Origin: Fistulifera solaris | Taxonomy: Eukaryota | Direction: 5' to 3' | Assembly (NCBI GenBank): GCA_030295235.1 | Contig: AP026134.1 | Location: forward strand, 558,001-622,000 | Length of the DNA: 64,000 nucleotides | Shown here: positions 1 through 10,959 of the stretch, one piece after another | Numbering within the stretch: the first letter of the stretch is position 1 | Layout of the letters: each line of letters opens with the position of its first letter | Translations under genes and position numbers: made by a program | The notes under the pieces: generated by a model | Told to the model about the DNA's origin: nothing | What the model saw: the letters and a program-made list of their open reading frames with translations, nothing else | Databases searched by the model: none

Positions 1-1
1 T

Positions 2-1341
2 GAAGAAGGACGGTGGCAGTGTCCGGTTTTGACCAAGCCGTTTGCGGATCATACTAAAATAATAGGAATATTACAACCAGGCGGAAAAGAAGCCAATGTT
101 ATATCGTATGAGGCCTATCACGAACTGAATATCAAAACCAAAAACTACGAAGACTTGATTAGTGGTGTCAAATTCGATAAGCACAAGGATGTGCTCGTAT
201 TGAATGATCCGGATGACGAAGAATTGAATCGACGTCGTGATATTAATCAATTTTATCACATTTTGCATTCAAGGGAATTGCAGACGGAGCAAAACGCGGA
301 GGGGAATGTTCGTCACAGTGTCACGGCCTCACGTGTCATGGAGAAGCTCAAACAACAACAAGCCAAAGAAGCAGTGAAAAGTGAATCCCCATCTAACGAA
401 TGTACGGCACACTCGATGCTTTACGTAGATATCGATGGAGAAAAGGTACCCATCATGGCTTCGGATGTGACCGGAGTGGAATTCACGACGGGCCGAGTTT
501 CCGTTTCCTTGACATCTTCCGCGTCGGCTATTGCCCATGATAATGTACAGAGAATCGCCACCGTCGAAGAAGTTCTTCAGTCACAATTTCAGACCATGCG
601 CAAATTGAAGAAAAAGGGATACGTGATTCTCGAAACCAACATGGGAAACATCACCCTAGAACTCCATTGCGACATGGCTCCTCGAACGTGTACTAATTTT
701 CTCGGTCTTTGTCATCAGCACAAATACGACGACACGACATGTCATCGACTGATCAAGTCTTTTATGGTGCAGTTGGGAAAAGCACCGAAGGGCGAAGAAG
801 AGGAGAGTCTTTGGGGTGAGGCCTTTCCCGATGAGTTCGATGAGCGGCTGTCGCACAACGAGGAAGGTGTTCTCAGTATGGCCAATGCGGGTCCGGGAAC
901 GAACCGACGTCAGTTTTTCATCACATTTCAAAGCTGTACACATCTCGATCGTAAGCATTCTGTATTTGGGAAAGTCATCAAAGGAATGGATGTAGTAAAG
1001 AATCTGGAAACAATACCGACGGACAAGAAAGAAAAGACCGATGGAGGAAATCAGAATACTAAAAACAGTTGTGAAAACGGATCCTGCCGAAGAAGCCAAA
1101 CAGTTAGATTTGGAACGAATCGAAAAGATTATTCGTGAACGACGAAAAGCTGGTTCGAGCGCCAAAAGTGTTAAAGAATCAAAATCAAGCGCACTCGATA
1201 ATGGGCCGGCCGTTGGGAAATACCTTACTCAGAAAACAGCAGGAAAGGCATCCTCGGACGAAGATCAGGGGGCTGGTGACACGTCAAGGTTGGCACCGCC
1301 TCCTAAGAAAAACTAAATTTGGGAACTTTAGTGGATGGTAA
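2..1341 (+). CDS. PPIL2: Peptidyl-prolyl cis-trans isomerase-like 2 (Cyp60; RING/U-box-like region + cyclophilin domain), 5'-truncated by the window edge
   Basis: Frame open from base 2 (EEGRWQCPVLTKPF). Cyclophilin motifs: GYVILETNMGNITLELHCDMAPRTCTNF, LSMANAGPGTNRRQFFIT, HLDRKHSVFGKV. C-terminal FGNFSGW is typical of PPIL2. Removing one A in each of the runs at ~1032-1035 and ~1308-1312 joins ORFs 29..1138, 1041..1316 and 1135..1341. Confidence 0.9.
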
Positions 1342-1378
1342 CCCTGAAGCGTGGCATCAAAGTTAGCAAATCTTTCTT

Positions 1379-2239
1379 TTAGCCTAATATGTTAAATCCG
1401 AATAATGTGCCATCAAATTGAGATAGATCGTCTATCACTTGATCCGCCTCCCGTACGAAAGATTCTTTTTCTTCTGTTGTGAATCGAGGATCCGGAATGG
1501 CAATGACTCTGCAGCCAGCCGCTTTGCCAGACTTCACTCCGGACAAGGCATCCTCAAAGACCAAACACTCTTTCGGATCCACGCCCATTTGTCGGGCCGC
1601 TTCCAAATAAATATCCGGAGCCGGTTTACCTTCTTTGACGAGAGGATGATCGCCTGGTACGATGACTTGAATTCTGTCAAACATGGGACCATGTCGTGTC
1701 CGTTTTTTCGCGACGGAAGCGGCTCGACTCGAAGTGGCAATGGCCATGGGTATCCCGGCCGCCGTGAACCGTTCCACGAGCTCGGAAGCACCTTTACATT
1801 TTCCCACTTCCTCACAATATTCGTCCAACTTTTCTTCCCATCCCTGCCATAACTCGGTTACCGTCGGTAGATTGTAATCGGCGATATTCCATACGTCTCG
1901 TGCATAAGATATGACAATGGGAGCCCATTCCGATCCTCGTAATCCAAGCAATTGTTTTTTGAGTTCCCAAGGCAATCGATATCCTTCTGAAGCGTACGAT
2001 TGCCATAAAGACTCGGGCAATTTATTTTGAAAGACGGCGAGTATCGCCTTGTCACTGAGTGCTTCAGTGTCGAGCAAAGTTCCATCGAGGTCGAAAAGAA
2101 CTGCCTTAATTGGCTTGTTAGTCGCGGTCATTGGTCTAATATGTCGTGCTGGACTTGCTTGTCGATCACTCTTTGCGAGGAGGCAATATCTCGGCCATGA
2201 CAGGGTTATTGCAAACAAGATGATGATGAACATGTGCAA
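1379..2239 (-). CDS. HAD-superfamily hydrolase, pseudouridine-5'-phosphatase (HDHD1/GS1)-like
   Basis: Motif I FDLDGTLLDTE, motif II IATSS, motif III GKPAPDIYL, motif IV VFEDALSGV. Start codon uncertain; the N-terminus is hydrophobic. Confidence 0.85.
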   Translation of the reverse strand: MHMFIIILFAITLSWPRYCLLAKSDRQASPARHIRPMTATNKPIKAVLFDLDGTLLDTEALSDKAILAVFQNKLPESLWQSYASEGYRLPWELKKQLLGLRGSEWAPIVISYARDVWNIADYNLPTVTELWQGWEEKLDEYCEEVGKCKGASELVERFTAAGIPMAIATSSRAASVAKKRTRHGPMFDRIQVIVPGDHPLVKEGKPAPDIYLEAARQMGVDPKECLVFEDALSGVKSGKAAGCRVIAIPDPRFTTEEKESFVREADQVIDDLSQFDGTLFGFNILG

Positions 2240-2601
2240 GAACGGTGTAATATTATGGGGAAAAAATGCAGCCTTGTCGTGATTCGTGACTGAATTCTAA
2301 TCGTTATTCCGTACGCACTACCGCACTACGCACGTGGTGAAGTCATGTCAATAAAAGGTTAGGGGTTAATGAGGATCCGTTTTGTCTGTCTTTTGTCCGT
2401 AATTTGCTCGTTCGTCGTACGTTGATTTTCGTGTAAAAAAGCACGTCAAAACGAAGCAACGATCGACCGCAGCGATTATTGTTGCGATGACTTATGTAAG
2501 GACAACAAACAAAACAAGAACAGACTCATTTAATTTACTAATTATCTCTTTCGTTACCCATTTGACTCAGTTACAGGTTTGTTAGAGCCTGTGCAAGAAT
2601 C

Positions 2602-3617
2602 ATGACAAATCCGTTGTTAGGTATGAATAATTATTCCATTTTGCTGCGATATACCTCCTTGCCCAAGAGTAATCCAGCTCGGCAATATTTGTATCGTCGC
2701 TGACACCCTTCTTCTTTGTAGGCAAGCGAATTTCTCTCGTTTCCAAGAAAAATATTCGTTACGAAGGCGTCTTGTACTCCATCAATGAACAAAATGCTAC
2801 GGTAGCGTTGCAAAACGTCAAAACCTTCGGGACGGAGGGTCGTGAATTGGCCGAAGAAGGATGCATTTTTGTACCGCCTGCCGATACGGTACATCCGTAT
2901 CTTCTCTTTCGTGGTCAAGATATCAAAGATTTGCATGTACATGAACAACCAGCCGAGGAGCAACCGACACATACGACGGAGACTGCCCCCGCATCGCCGG
3001 TCACCGAAGCACCCAAGCCCCCGGATGCAGCGGCAACGCAACCAAATAAACCTGCGAAAACACCGCAATCAACGCAGCCGGCACCGACTAAGACGGCCAG
3101 TGAGAATGCTGGAAGAGGAGGAGAAGGCCGAGGAAATAACATTAATCGCCGTGCACGAAACAGCAAGGCTGCTCCCGGGACGGGCGCGAGTTTACTAAAT
3201 CGCACCGCTCGTGGTGTCGTAGGAGACACTGCCACCCCGCAGGAAGATTTCGATTTTCAATCCAGCTTGGAGAAATTCAAAGAACAGAGTGACGATAACG
3301 ATGAACCATATGCGGAAACGGCTTACGAGAAGGACGACTTTTTCGACTCGATTTCGTGTGATGCTCTCGACAAGCAATCTGGAATGGACAATCGATTGAA
3401 AGGAGCGGAAGAGCGTCGTTTGAATACAGAGACCTTTGGTGCGGTGGCTTTAAATACGCAGAGCCGAAGACGAGGCGGTATGAATGGACGCGGAGGCCGA
3501 GGACGTGGTGGTGGACGTGAAGGTCGAGGCAGCAATACCGGAAGAGGTCGCGGAGGACGTGGAGGCCGCGCTGGTGGAAGAGGTCGTGGACGTGGACGCG
3601 CGGTAGCGTCGGAATAA
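2602..3617 (+). CDS. LSM14: LSM14/Scd6/DCP5 mRNA decapping activator (P-body protein)
   Basis: Exon 2602-2620, GT-AG intron 2621-2721, exon 2722-3617 give MTNPLLGKRISLVSKKNIRYEGVL...VKTFGTEGR (LSm domain). FDF, FFD and TFG boxes and a C-terminal RGG tract follow. Confidence 0.93.
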
Positions 3618-4253
3618 TAAGAGAGGCAATAATGCTGCAAGCAAGTGGGAGCGCCTCTTGTGTTGAGGAAAATCCTTACCACAATCGCACGTAACACTAA
3701 ATATCATCTTGCTATTCCTCTTTCATTACAGAGTAATTGGTTCCCTGTCTTGCACCGCTATCTTTGAGGCAGATAACAATGCGAGACGACGAAGAATATC
3801 GTAATTTATTCAAACCTTTTGGAGAGTGCTCCCTCTAGAGTATTAGAGTTCAGCGGCACTGTGTGTTTCGGTCATTTTTCCTTCATCACGAGGCGGTTTC
3901 ATGAATGGAAGATGACTTATCATTTATCATATATCATATTCTGGTGTTTTAGTACGATCATTAGAAAGTTTTTCTCGTTATGGAAGAGTAGCTGGTTGAA
4001 CTAAACGCCGACCTGGAAATTCAGTCCTGGCGAGATTCCGTGTACAGGTTGAACCTATAGTGGTCAATCATTCTGAAATAGTCTCATCCGATGGCAAGAT
4101 TTGTTCCTCGTATTTTTTTTATTGCGGCTGCAATTTTTGACATTAAAGTTTGCCGTAAAGATCAAAATATTCGTGCAAACAACACACATACGTCCCGACA
4201 ATGCCAGCGAGTAGGAGAACGAAGAGGCATTTTTATTCACTGCTTTAACCATC

Positions 4254-6083
4254 ATGATTTTTGGATTCTCACGCCATGTAGCGAGTTGGAGCCAGACGCT
4301 GACCAAGTCGAGCTTCACGCAATCCATGAGACTTTCGTTCGTTCAGCGGCGGACGTTGGCTTCGTACCGTAAAAGTCAAATATTTATGATGCCCGAGGGT
4401 CCAGAGGTCCGAACTCTTGTGGATCAGTTGCAAGGAGGTGTGGGGAAACGACTTGTTAACATACAGGTGCTGTCCGGTCGATATCGTCAAAATGGCCCGC
4501 CCGATGGGTTTGTGGAGTTTGCGTCTACTATTACGCGATACGTTCCGGGTGACGACGAAGTGGACAACGTGGATATCATTCAAGAATGGAACTGCAAAGG
4601 GAAGTTCATCTATATCGTGTTGGATGATGGAAAACAAGAGCATCAGGATCCAAATTTTCAAAGGACAATTTTTGTTACTTTGGGAATGACGGGAAAGTTT
4701 GTAGCAGAAAAAGTGCACCGACAGGATAGTAGATTCGCTCGATGGTCCATGGAGCTTCTTGATGTGAATACGATGAAAACTATTAAGATATTTTACCATG
4801 ATCAAAGAAACTTTGGTACACTGAAGTTTTGTTTGAAGCGTGCCGATCTGCAGGAGAAACTAGATTCGCTGGGACCCGACATTCTGGATAACTATATCAC
4901 TGACCAAATGTTTCTGGATATTGTGGCTGCGCAAAAGCAAGATCTTAACATTTGCAAGTTTCTTATGAACCAAACAAAGATTTCTGGTGTTGGAAACTAT
5001 ATCCTTGCTGAAGCGCTGTACCGAGCACGGATCGATCCTTTCGCGTCATTGCACGAAATCAACGAAAGCCAGCTAAAGAGTCTTTTCCGTGAAATTCGCA
5101 CCACGGCACTACAGTCGTATCAGGCAAACGGCTTGACCAGGCAAAATGGTGGGCAATACAATAACATGGACGGCGAAGCGGGCCGATTCAGCTTTGAACT
5201 ACAATGCTATGGCAAGGAAACATGTGCGAAAGGGAAGCCAGTACTCAGAGAAACCAATGGACCTCATGATCGAACTATCTGGTACACGGAAGATCAATTG
5301 TTTATGCCTCGAGATTTGAGAATGACAGAATCCGCTCAATCTTTCCAGCGGGATGATTCTTCATCCGAACAAATGGAAGAGACTGACTCGGTTGGTCTCT
5401 CCGATGGGCTGACTGAGCCCAGTTGGCGAAATGTCCTTGCGGAAACATTTGAAACCGAGTCGTTTAGGGCTTTGGAAGCATTTTTAGAAGACGAAAGGCG
5501 ACAGGGCGCTACTGTCTATCCGCCACCGCAAGACATTTTTTCAGCTCTGAACAGTTGCCCGTTTGATCAAGTCAAGGTGGTCATCGTGGGGCAGGATCCG
5601 TACCATGGTCCCGGGCAGGGAAACGGCATGGCGTTTTCGGTTCGATCCGGAATACAACCTCCTCCGTCTTTGCAAAACATATTTCGCGAGGCTATGTCAG
5701 ACGTCGGCATTGCACAGCCTCTTCATGGCAACCTGCAATGCTGGGCAAGGCAAGGTATTTTACTTTTGAATTCGGTTCTAACGGTACGTCAAGGCGAGGC
5801 AAATAGCCATGCTAATAAAGGCTGGGAAGAGTTTACCGATTTAATCATCCGACGACTCAATGATGACCGCGAGAATCTCGTCTTTCTTCTTTGGGGGCGT
5901 CCTGCTGCGACGAAAGCGAAATGCGTCGACGAAGGGCGCCATCATGTCATAAGAACCAGCCACCCTAGTCCTCTGGGTGCTACTAAAACCACTTCGCCGT
6001 TTTTATCGTCGAAGTGTTTCAGCAGATGCAACGAGTATCTGACTTCTGTCGGAAACGCTCCTATCGACTGGAGTGTTGTGTAA
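4254..6083 (+). CDS. Fusion of an Fpg/Nei-family DNA glycosylase/AP lyase and a family-1 uracil-DNA glycosylase, with a possible N-terminal targeting peptide
   Basis: Single uninterrupted ORF. Fpg/Nei part: MPEGPEV (Met 4389, Pro 4392), KGKFIY, LGMTG, DQRNFG, H2TH motif ISGVGNYILAEALYRARIDP. UNG part from ~5415: GQDPYH (5589), PPSLQN, LLLNSVLTV, SHANKGWE, HPSPL (5961). Confidence 0.92.
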   Translation: MIFGFSRHVASWSQTLTKSSFTQSMRLSFVQRRTLASYRKSQIFMMPEGPEVRTLVDQLQGGVGKRLVNIQVLSGRYRQNGPPDGFVEFASTITRYVPGDDEVDNVDIIQEWNCKGKFIYIVLDDGKQEHQDPNFQRTIFVTLGMTGKFVAEKVHRQDSRFARWSMELLDVNTMKTIKIFYHDQRNFGTLKFCLKRADLQEKLDSLGPDILDNYITDQMFLDIVAAQKQDLNICKFLMNQTKISGVGNYILAEALYRARIDPFASLHEINESQLKSLFREIRTTALQSYQANGLTRQNGGQYNNMDGEAGRFSFELQCYGKETCAKGKPVLRETNGPHDRTIWYTEDQLFMPRDLRMTESAQSFQRDDSSSEQMEETDSVGLSDGLTEPSWRNVLAETFETESFRALEAFLEDERRQGATVYPPPQDIFSALNSCPFDQVKVVIVGQDPYHGPGQGNGMAFSVRSGIQPPPSLQNIFREAMSDVGIAQPLHGNLQCWARQGILLLNSVLTVRQGEANSHANKGWEEFTDLIIRRLNDDRENLVFLLWGRPAATKAKCVDEGRHHVIRTSHPSPLGATKTTSPFLSSKCFSRCNEYLTSVGNAPIDWSVV

Positions 6084-6271
6084 AAATACGGGAGCGGCTA
6101 GGGGACTCAAGACACTCAAGACGGGGGCTACTTAAACCACTTAGCCTTATCGTCGACGTTATTCAGCAGGTGCAACAAGTAGCTGACTTTTGACGGTAAC
6201 GCTCTTTTCGATTGGAGTATTGCAAGATGCTGGATGGATAGGGGACTAGGGACTAGGGACTCAATATACAC
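5975..6271 (+). repeat. Degenerate tandem duplication (~145 bp) of the 3' end of the UNG domain and its 3' flank
   Basis: ~5975-6115 (gggtgctactaaaaccacttcgcc...ttcagcagatgcaacgagtatctgac...tcgactggagtgttg...gggactcaagacac) aligns with ~6123-6271 (ggggctacttaaaccacttagcc...ttcagcaggtgcaacaagtagctgac...tcgattggagtattg...gggactcaatatacac). Confidence 0.85.
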
Positions 6272-6678
6272 GAGACTCACCACGCGTCCTGTGATGATTG
6301 GTACCGGTACCAGTACCGTTACGATTTTTCTTGGTGGATGCAAGTTCTTGTATTCCGATGTCCGATGATGTAGTTTCACTTCAACAAACGAATGATGACG
6401 GCGCCCTCTCGACGAACTTCCAAACATCGTCATTCTCATTATCACTTCTTTCTTTCACAAAGAGAAAGATCACGTTAAATTTCAAGCAGTTGTTCTCGAA
6501 CGAAAACGAAAAATTCTGTTTTTCAGCGCGTCGACTCTTGACAGCCAATTGTGTTCGCAAAACTTGCAGAAATAAATCGAATAGAGATATCAGCCGAAAT
6601 GCGAATTGTTAATCGCATTTCATTTCATTGGACCGGATTATTGTTCTCAATATAATTTCGAAATTTCATACAACGACG

Positions 6679-8406
6679 ATGAATCATTTGATCTGCTCCC
6701 TGCTTGCTTTTAGCTCGCTCCCTCATGGGCTATTTGGCTTTAACGTGAATACCCCTTCGATAAGAACGCCGTCGTCTCTTGAGTCGTCTGTTTCGGTTTC
6801 TTCAAATCAAGCAAAGGCCCAGCCAAACGAGGCGATGCCTTGGCCACTCAACGTTGAAAAATACGGCGAGTTCGATCAACACAATGATTGGGGTTTCGTG
6901 TATTCGTCTGTACCTCCGGAAGCTTCTTCGTCGTATGAAATTGACGATATTGAAGGTCAGATTCCAGCAGACTTGTCTGGAGCATACTACAAGGCAGGGC
7001 CTGGAAATTTCGAGCGAGAAGGACGCAGATACGCGCACGTTCTCGATGGCGACGGCTTTGTAGCGGCTTTTCACTTTGGAAATGGAAAGGCTAGATACAC
7101 TGGTCGCTTTGTGGAGACAGAGTATTTTGTCCGTGAGTCACTGGAAGACAAAATCAAGTATCGTAATGTATTTGGAACTCAACGCTCTGGAAGCATACTC
7201 AAGAATGCATTCGACTTGGTTCTAAAGAATGTCGCAAACACGAATGTGGTGAAATGGGGTGGAAGATTATTCGCGTTATGGGAAGCAGGTCGTCCCTATG
7301 AGCTAGACCCTGATACTCTGGAAACATTGAAGCAAGCAGATGATGGGCCCTATGAGGGACTTGGAACTGATGCTAGGATCAGAGGTATCACAGTTGATCA
7401 TGGCGGTCAAATTGATAAGCTGATGGGAGTAGGACGCGCATTTACAGCACATCCCCATATCCTCGATGATGACACGATGGTCGCATTCAAAGCAGCCACC
7501 AGCGTGACAGACAAGAAATCCTGCTTGGAGTTCTTGGAGTACAATAATAAGTGGGAGGTGAAAAAGGCAGTCGAATACTCGTTTGATGTTGGACCACCAC
7601 CACATGATTTCAGCATTTCAGAAAACTATTACTGCTTCTTCGAAAACCCTTTTGGTGCCATGGACAACGTCCCGTACTTGTTCGGCGTCAAAGCCCCAAC
7701 TCAAATAATGCAGCTTCTGCTCCGTCGGCCAGCTATTTTACACTTGGTACCGCGCCATTCATTTGCAAAAGCCATGACGGTGGAAGTCGCGCCCTACTTT
7801 AATATTCACAATGTTCCGGAAGCAATTGAAAGAAACGGGAAGCTTTACTTGTACTCTAATGGATGGGATTTGAATGATCGACGATTCTTCCCAGATTCAA
7901 AGGATTCTGTTCCTTTCCTCGGCTCGTGGGGTGGTCTCTACCCAGATTTCATAAATGGCGTCGTTCCTCCGAGTTTCCTTTATGAAACAGTGGTGGATTT
8001 GCAGTCCAAGACGACGGTTCGTCATAAAGAAGTTGCACCGGGAGTAGTCATGGAGTTCCCTGTTTCGGATCCAAACAACGCTGAAATTGTGTATTGTACA
8101 GTTGCCGCCACAGATTACACCTCTTTGCCTGGAACCGGATTATGTAAAATGAACGTAAAGACGTCGGAAGTGGAGTGCTGGTGGGCCGAAAACAAAATCT
8201 TCACACATGAGATCACTCCAGTATCAAAGCTGAATGGCGAGGCGGGTTCCTGGCTCCTTACCCTTTTCTACGATTCTGGTAAAAAACGAGCATCTTTAGC
8301 CATTTTTGACAGCGAGAAATTCCAGGAAGGTCCAGTCTGCCGAATGCATTTAAAGCATCATTTGAGTTATGGCCTTCACGGTTCCTTCTCGTCGTGCTTG
8401 AACTAA
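6679..8406 (+). CDS. Carotenoid oxygenase (RPE65/CCD/ACO family), predicted plastid-targeted
   Basis: Motifs G-x-IP-x-DL-x-G, GPG, HVLDGDG, NVANTNVV, LFALWEAGRPYELDPDTLETL. Four Fe-ligand His candidates (AHPH, PHDF, IHN, GLHGSF). Signal peptide ending LFG-F followed by a Ser-rich transit-like region. Confidence 0.9.
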   Translation: MNHLICSLLAFSSLPHGLFGFNVNTPSIRTPSSLESSVSVSSNQAKAQPNEAMPWPLNVEKYGEFDQHNDWGFVYSSVPPEASSSYEIDDIEGQIPADLSGAYYKAGPGNFEREGRRYAHVLDGDGFVAAFHFGNGKARYTGRFVETEYFVRESLEDKIKYRNVFGTQRSGSILKNAFDLVLKNVANTNVVKWGGRLFALWEAGRPYELDPDTLETLKQADDGPYEGLGTDARIRGITVDHGGQIDKLMGVGRAFTAHPHILDDDTMVAFKAATSVTDKKSCLEFLEYNNKWEVKKAVEYSFDVGPPPHDFSISENYYCFFENPFGAMDNVPYLFGVKAPTQIMQLLLRRPAILHLVPRHSFAKAMTVEVAPYFNIHNVPEAIERNGKLYLYSNGWDLNDRRFFPDSKDSVPFLGSWGGLYPDFINGVVPPSFLYETVVDLQSKTTVRHKEVAPGVVMEFPVSDPNNAEIVYCTVAATDYTSLPGTGLCKMNVKTSEVECWWAENKIFTHEITPVSKLNGEAGSWLLTLFYDSGKKRASLAIFDSEKFQEGPVCRMHLKHHLSYGLHGSFSSCLN

Positions 8407-8637
8407 GAGAATGTTAGGTGAAGGGATAATCCAATGTGAATTGTTGCGTAGTAGAAGAATGAGCCCCGTCTGATCCAGAATAGATTATTTAGAGAGTTAA
8501 TGTTAAATGACTACAAAATATTAGGTCTAGTGAAAGACTTTTTGAATTCAATCATTCTGTCTGCAAATGATTTCGTCGTTGATTTAGACCCATGATAATG
8601 ATTATCATCGATGACCTTAGTAGCAGGTTAAGCTTAT

Positions 8638-8664
8638 TACCTGGTACTGGTACGGTACCAGGTA
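8638..8664. promoter_or_regulatory. Inverted pair of TACCWGGTA palindromic motifs
   Basis: tacctggtac-tggtacg-gtaccaggta. The same 9-mer recurs in several intergenic regions of this window. Confidence 0.45.
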
Positions 8665-8993
8665 TTGATTTGAACTATGGACAGTACTTGTACCGGTAGC
8701 TGTACGACAGACAAAGAAGAGGTTGACAAAGTGACTCAGTTTTTTTGCGTCAACAGTCAACTCTCACAAAACACGGAGTAAATGATCATGATGTCAAAAC
8801 ACACGCCAGAACAGATCAAAAAAACAAACGATTAAGTTCGTGTCATGGCCCATGTCAGCGCTAAACACTCAGCGAAAAGTCGGCCATACCTCTCCCTCGT
8901 CTTACATCTCATCGTACTTTGGATCTCCCAACGGGAGGCATAAGAGCTGCTCAATTTGAGAGGTCAATCCCGAACTGTCTATCGCGCATCAAC

Positions 8994-9591
8994 ATGAAAC
9001 CTTTTGTGGCTGTACTAATATGTCTTTTTTACCATTAGTGACGCTCTGGTCCCTAGCTTCCGAAGGAATATTGTCCGACATGAGACGCAGCTCGGTATGT
9101 TCAACTTCTTCGACTCGTTACGACGATACATTGATCCCTCCTGGGAAAACAATGAAGAGAAGGCAGACGAGAAGGATGACGAAGCCGCCGGTTCTCATCG
9201 CCTAGTTTCGATCCCTGTCCAATCCCTCAAACCAGGGGCGTTACGTCTGTTTCTTATGTTTTATCTCATGGGAATGCAAAACACTCCTGATCGTCAAACT
9301 TGGCGAGCCAATCAGCCGTCTTCGGACGAATACATCGTAGACTTTTACTATCACGATCAGTCAGGTATATTATCCATCAAACTCGGAGAAAATGAAGTGA
9401 CGATTGACCGCTTGGGGACAAATCCATCCAATGCTTATATCATGCAAGAATCGGTGATAATTGAAGGAGTGTTGAATGAACTGCATACGTGTGCGTTTGA
9501 TGAATCTGTTGCAAAGGAGGATCGTCTTTTACTTTTAAAAGAGCCTCATGATGCCATTGAAAAAGCACGGGATGCTCTGTCTTTTGGCTAA
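8994..9591 (+). CDS. Uncharacterised plastid-targeted protein, paralogue A
   Basis: ATG 8994 plus removal of one T in the run at ~9025-9030 gives MKPFVAVLICLFTISDA-LVPSFRR..., joining ORF 9097..9591. Clear similarity to the protein at 11829..12404. Confidence 0.8.
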
Positions 9592-10137
9592 CAAATGCTG
9601 GGCACCTCGTCGACAATTTTAAAAAAACGATAGAAGGCTGGGGCCTTTATTTTTTTGCTCCGTGTACACAATTGGATTGATTATTGGTCGAACAATTCAA
9701 AGTATGCAGCTCCAATATTAAAAAAAGAACATAGTAATAGAGCTTTTCGAATCAAGTCATAGCTGTAATTTACATCAGAACAAGCAGCTATTGATTCATA
9801 ATATGGAGATGTTTTTGCGAAGTCTCCTAGTTCGCTTTTGCAACCTGAGCCATGACGCTGAAATAACCTAACCAATCTATAGTAGATCTTTTGGAATCAA
9901 CTGTCATTGTTGTGGTGTTATCGTAAAATCAAGTCATACTGGCGCGGATATGGGGCATTGACAGTTGACTATCGAGTCCCCATCAATACTTAGTTGTAAT
10001 GCAATCTTTCATTTCATCGTGACCTTGCTAAGGATAAATGAATGTAGGACTGAGTTTTCGTCAACGTTCTGAACTTGTGCCGTTCAGAAGCTCCAAAACT
10101 ACATTATTTGAGATACCCAAATAGTACAATCAATCCT

Positions 10138-10959
10138 CTAAAATATATCTTCATCTGTGTCATTATCGGAGGCAACAACATCCTCCAGAGAGGTGTAGGT
10201 CCGCACACCATGTGGAGCATAGTGATGCTGTGGGGGACGATGTTGAGCAATTCTTGATATCACAGGTTGATATTCATCCACATCTCGAGTTTCGGGGTGA
10301 TAGGCGGCCGAGTGCACTCCAAAGTAGACTGGTCCTTTCGGACCACAAGAGTGAGCTGGTATGTTCAAACAAAGTAGAGGACAAAATCGACGACGCACCA
10401 TCATATCCAAAGAGTTGCTTTCGGCGGCTGATTCTGAATCAGAATTGTGCTCGGACGGTTGTGCCACTGGGTATGAGCCGGAGGAAGAAACATCATCGTC
10501 TTCGTCATCATCGTCTTTTTGGCTTTCGGTAGCGTCCGAATCCGGCGAAGGAGGGCGATTCTCTGTTACAACTGGCAACATCCGCATCTTGATTTTCACA
10601 GATGGTCCCTTTTTTAGAGAAGGTTTAGCTGCCGCCGATTTTATCCTCGTGGTTTCGCTGTCCTTCTTTTTCGTTCGGGGCTTTTTAGCTGGTTTCGTCT
10701 CAGAGGATGATTCAAGCGAGTTCTTTTTGCGCTTCAGATTACCTCCCTTCCTTCCAGGAGGAACCTTGACTGTCACCGGTCGTTTCCAAATCGAAGTTGA
10801 TTGTAGATTACCTTCCTCATCTAGATTTGAACAAATTTCTTCCAACCAAAATCGGCGCTGTGCAAGCTGTGCATTCACAGCCGACTCTGCCGTTTTGACA
10901 GCTTCCATGAGCAACGCGTGAACCTTTCTCAGTGACTCTAATTCGGCATTTGTGTCCAT
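10138..10959 (-). CDS. Hypothetical protein with basic (NLS-like) and acidic low-complexity tracts
   Basis: 273-aa ATG-initiated ORF between the two paralogues. Probable intron ~10335-10398 (GTGCGT...CTCAC...AAAG). Confidence 0.6.
   Translation of the reverse strand: MDTNAELESLRKVHALLMEAVKTAESAVNAQLAQRRFWLEEICSNLDEEGNLQSTSIWKRPVTVKVPPGRKGGNLKRKKNSLESSSETKPAKKPRTKKKDSETTRIKSAAAKPSLKKGPSVKIKMRMLPVVTENRPPSPDSDATESQKDDDDEDDDVSSSGSYPVAQPSEHNSDSESAAESNSLDMMVRRRFCPLLCLNIPAHSCGPKGPVYFGVHSAAYHPETRDVDEYQPVISRIAQHRPPQHHYAPHGVRTYTSLEDVVASDNDTDEDIF

Noticed and set aside
2357..2370. Telomere-like ggttaggggtta
   Set aside because: Under two imperfect units; not an array.
3845..4090. Minus-strand U3/box C/D-like motifs (GTGATGA...CTGA)
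   Set aside because: No intact box A or B and no terminal stem; compatible with chance.
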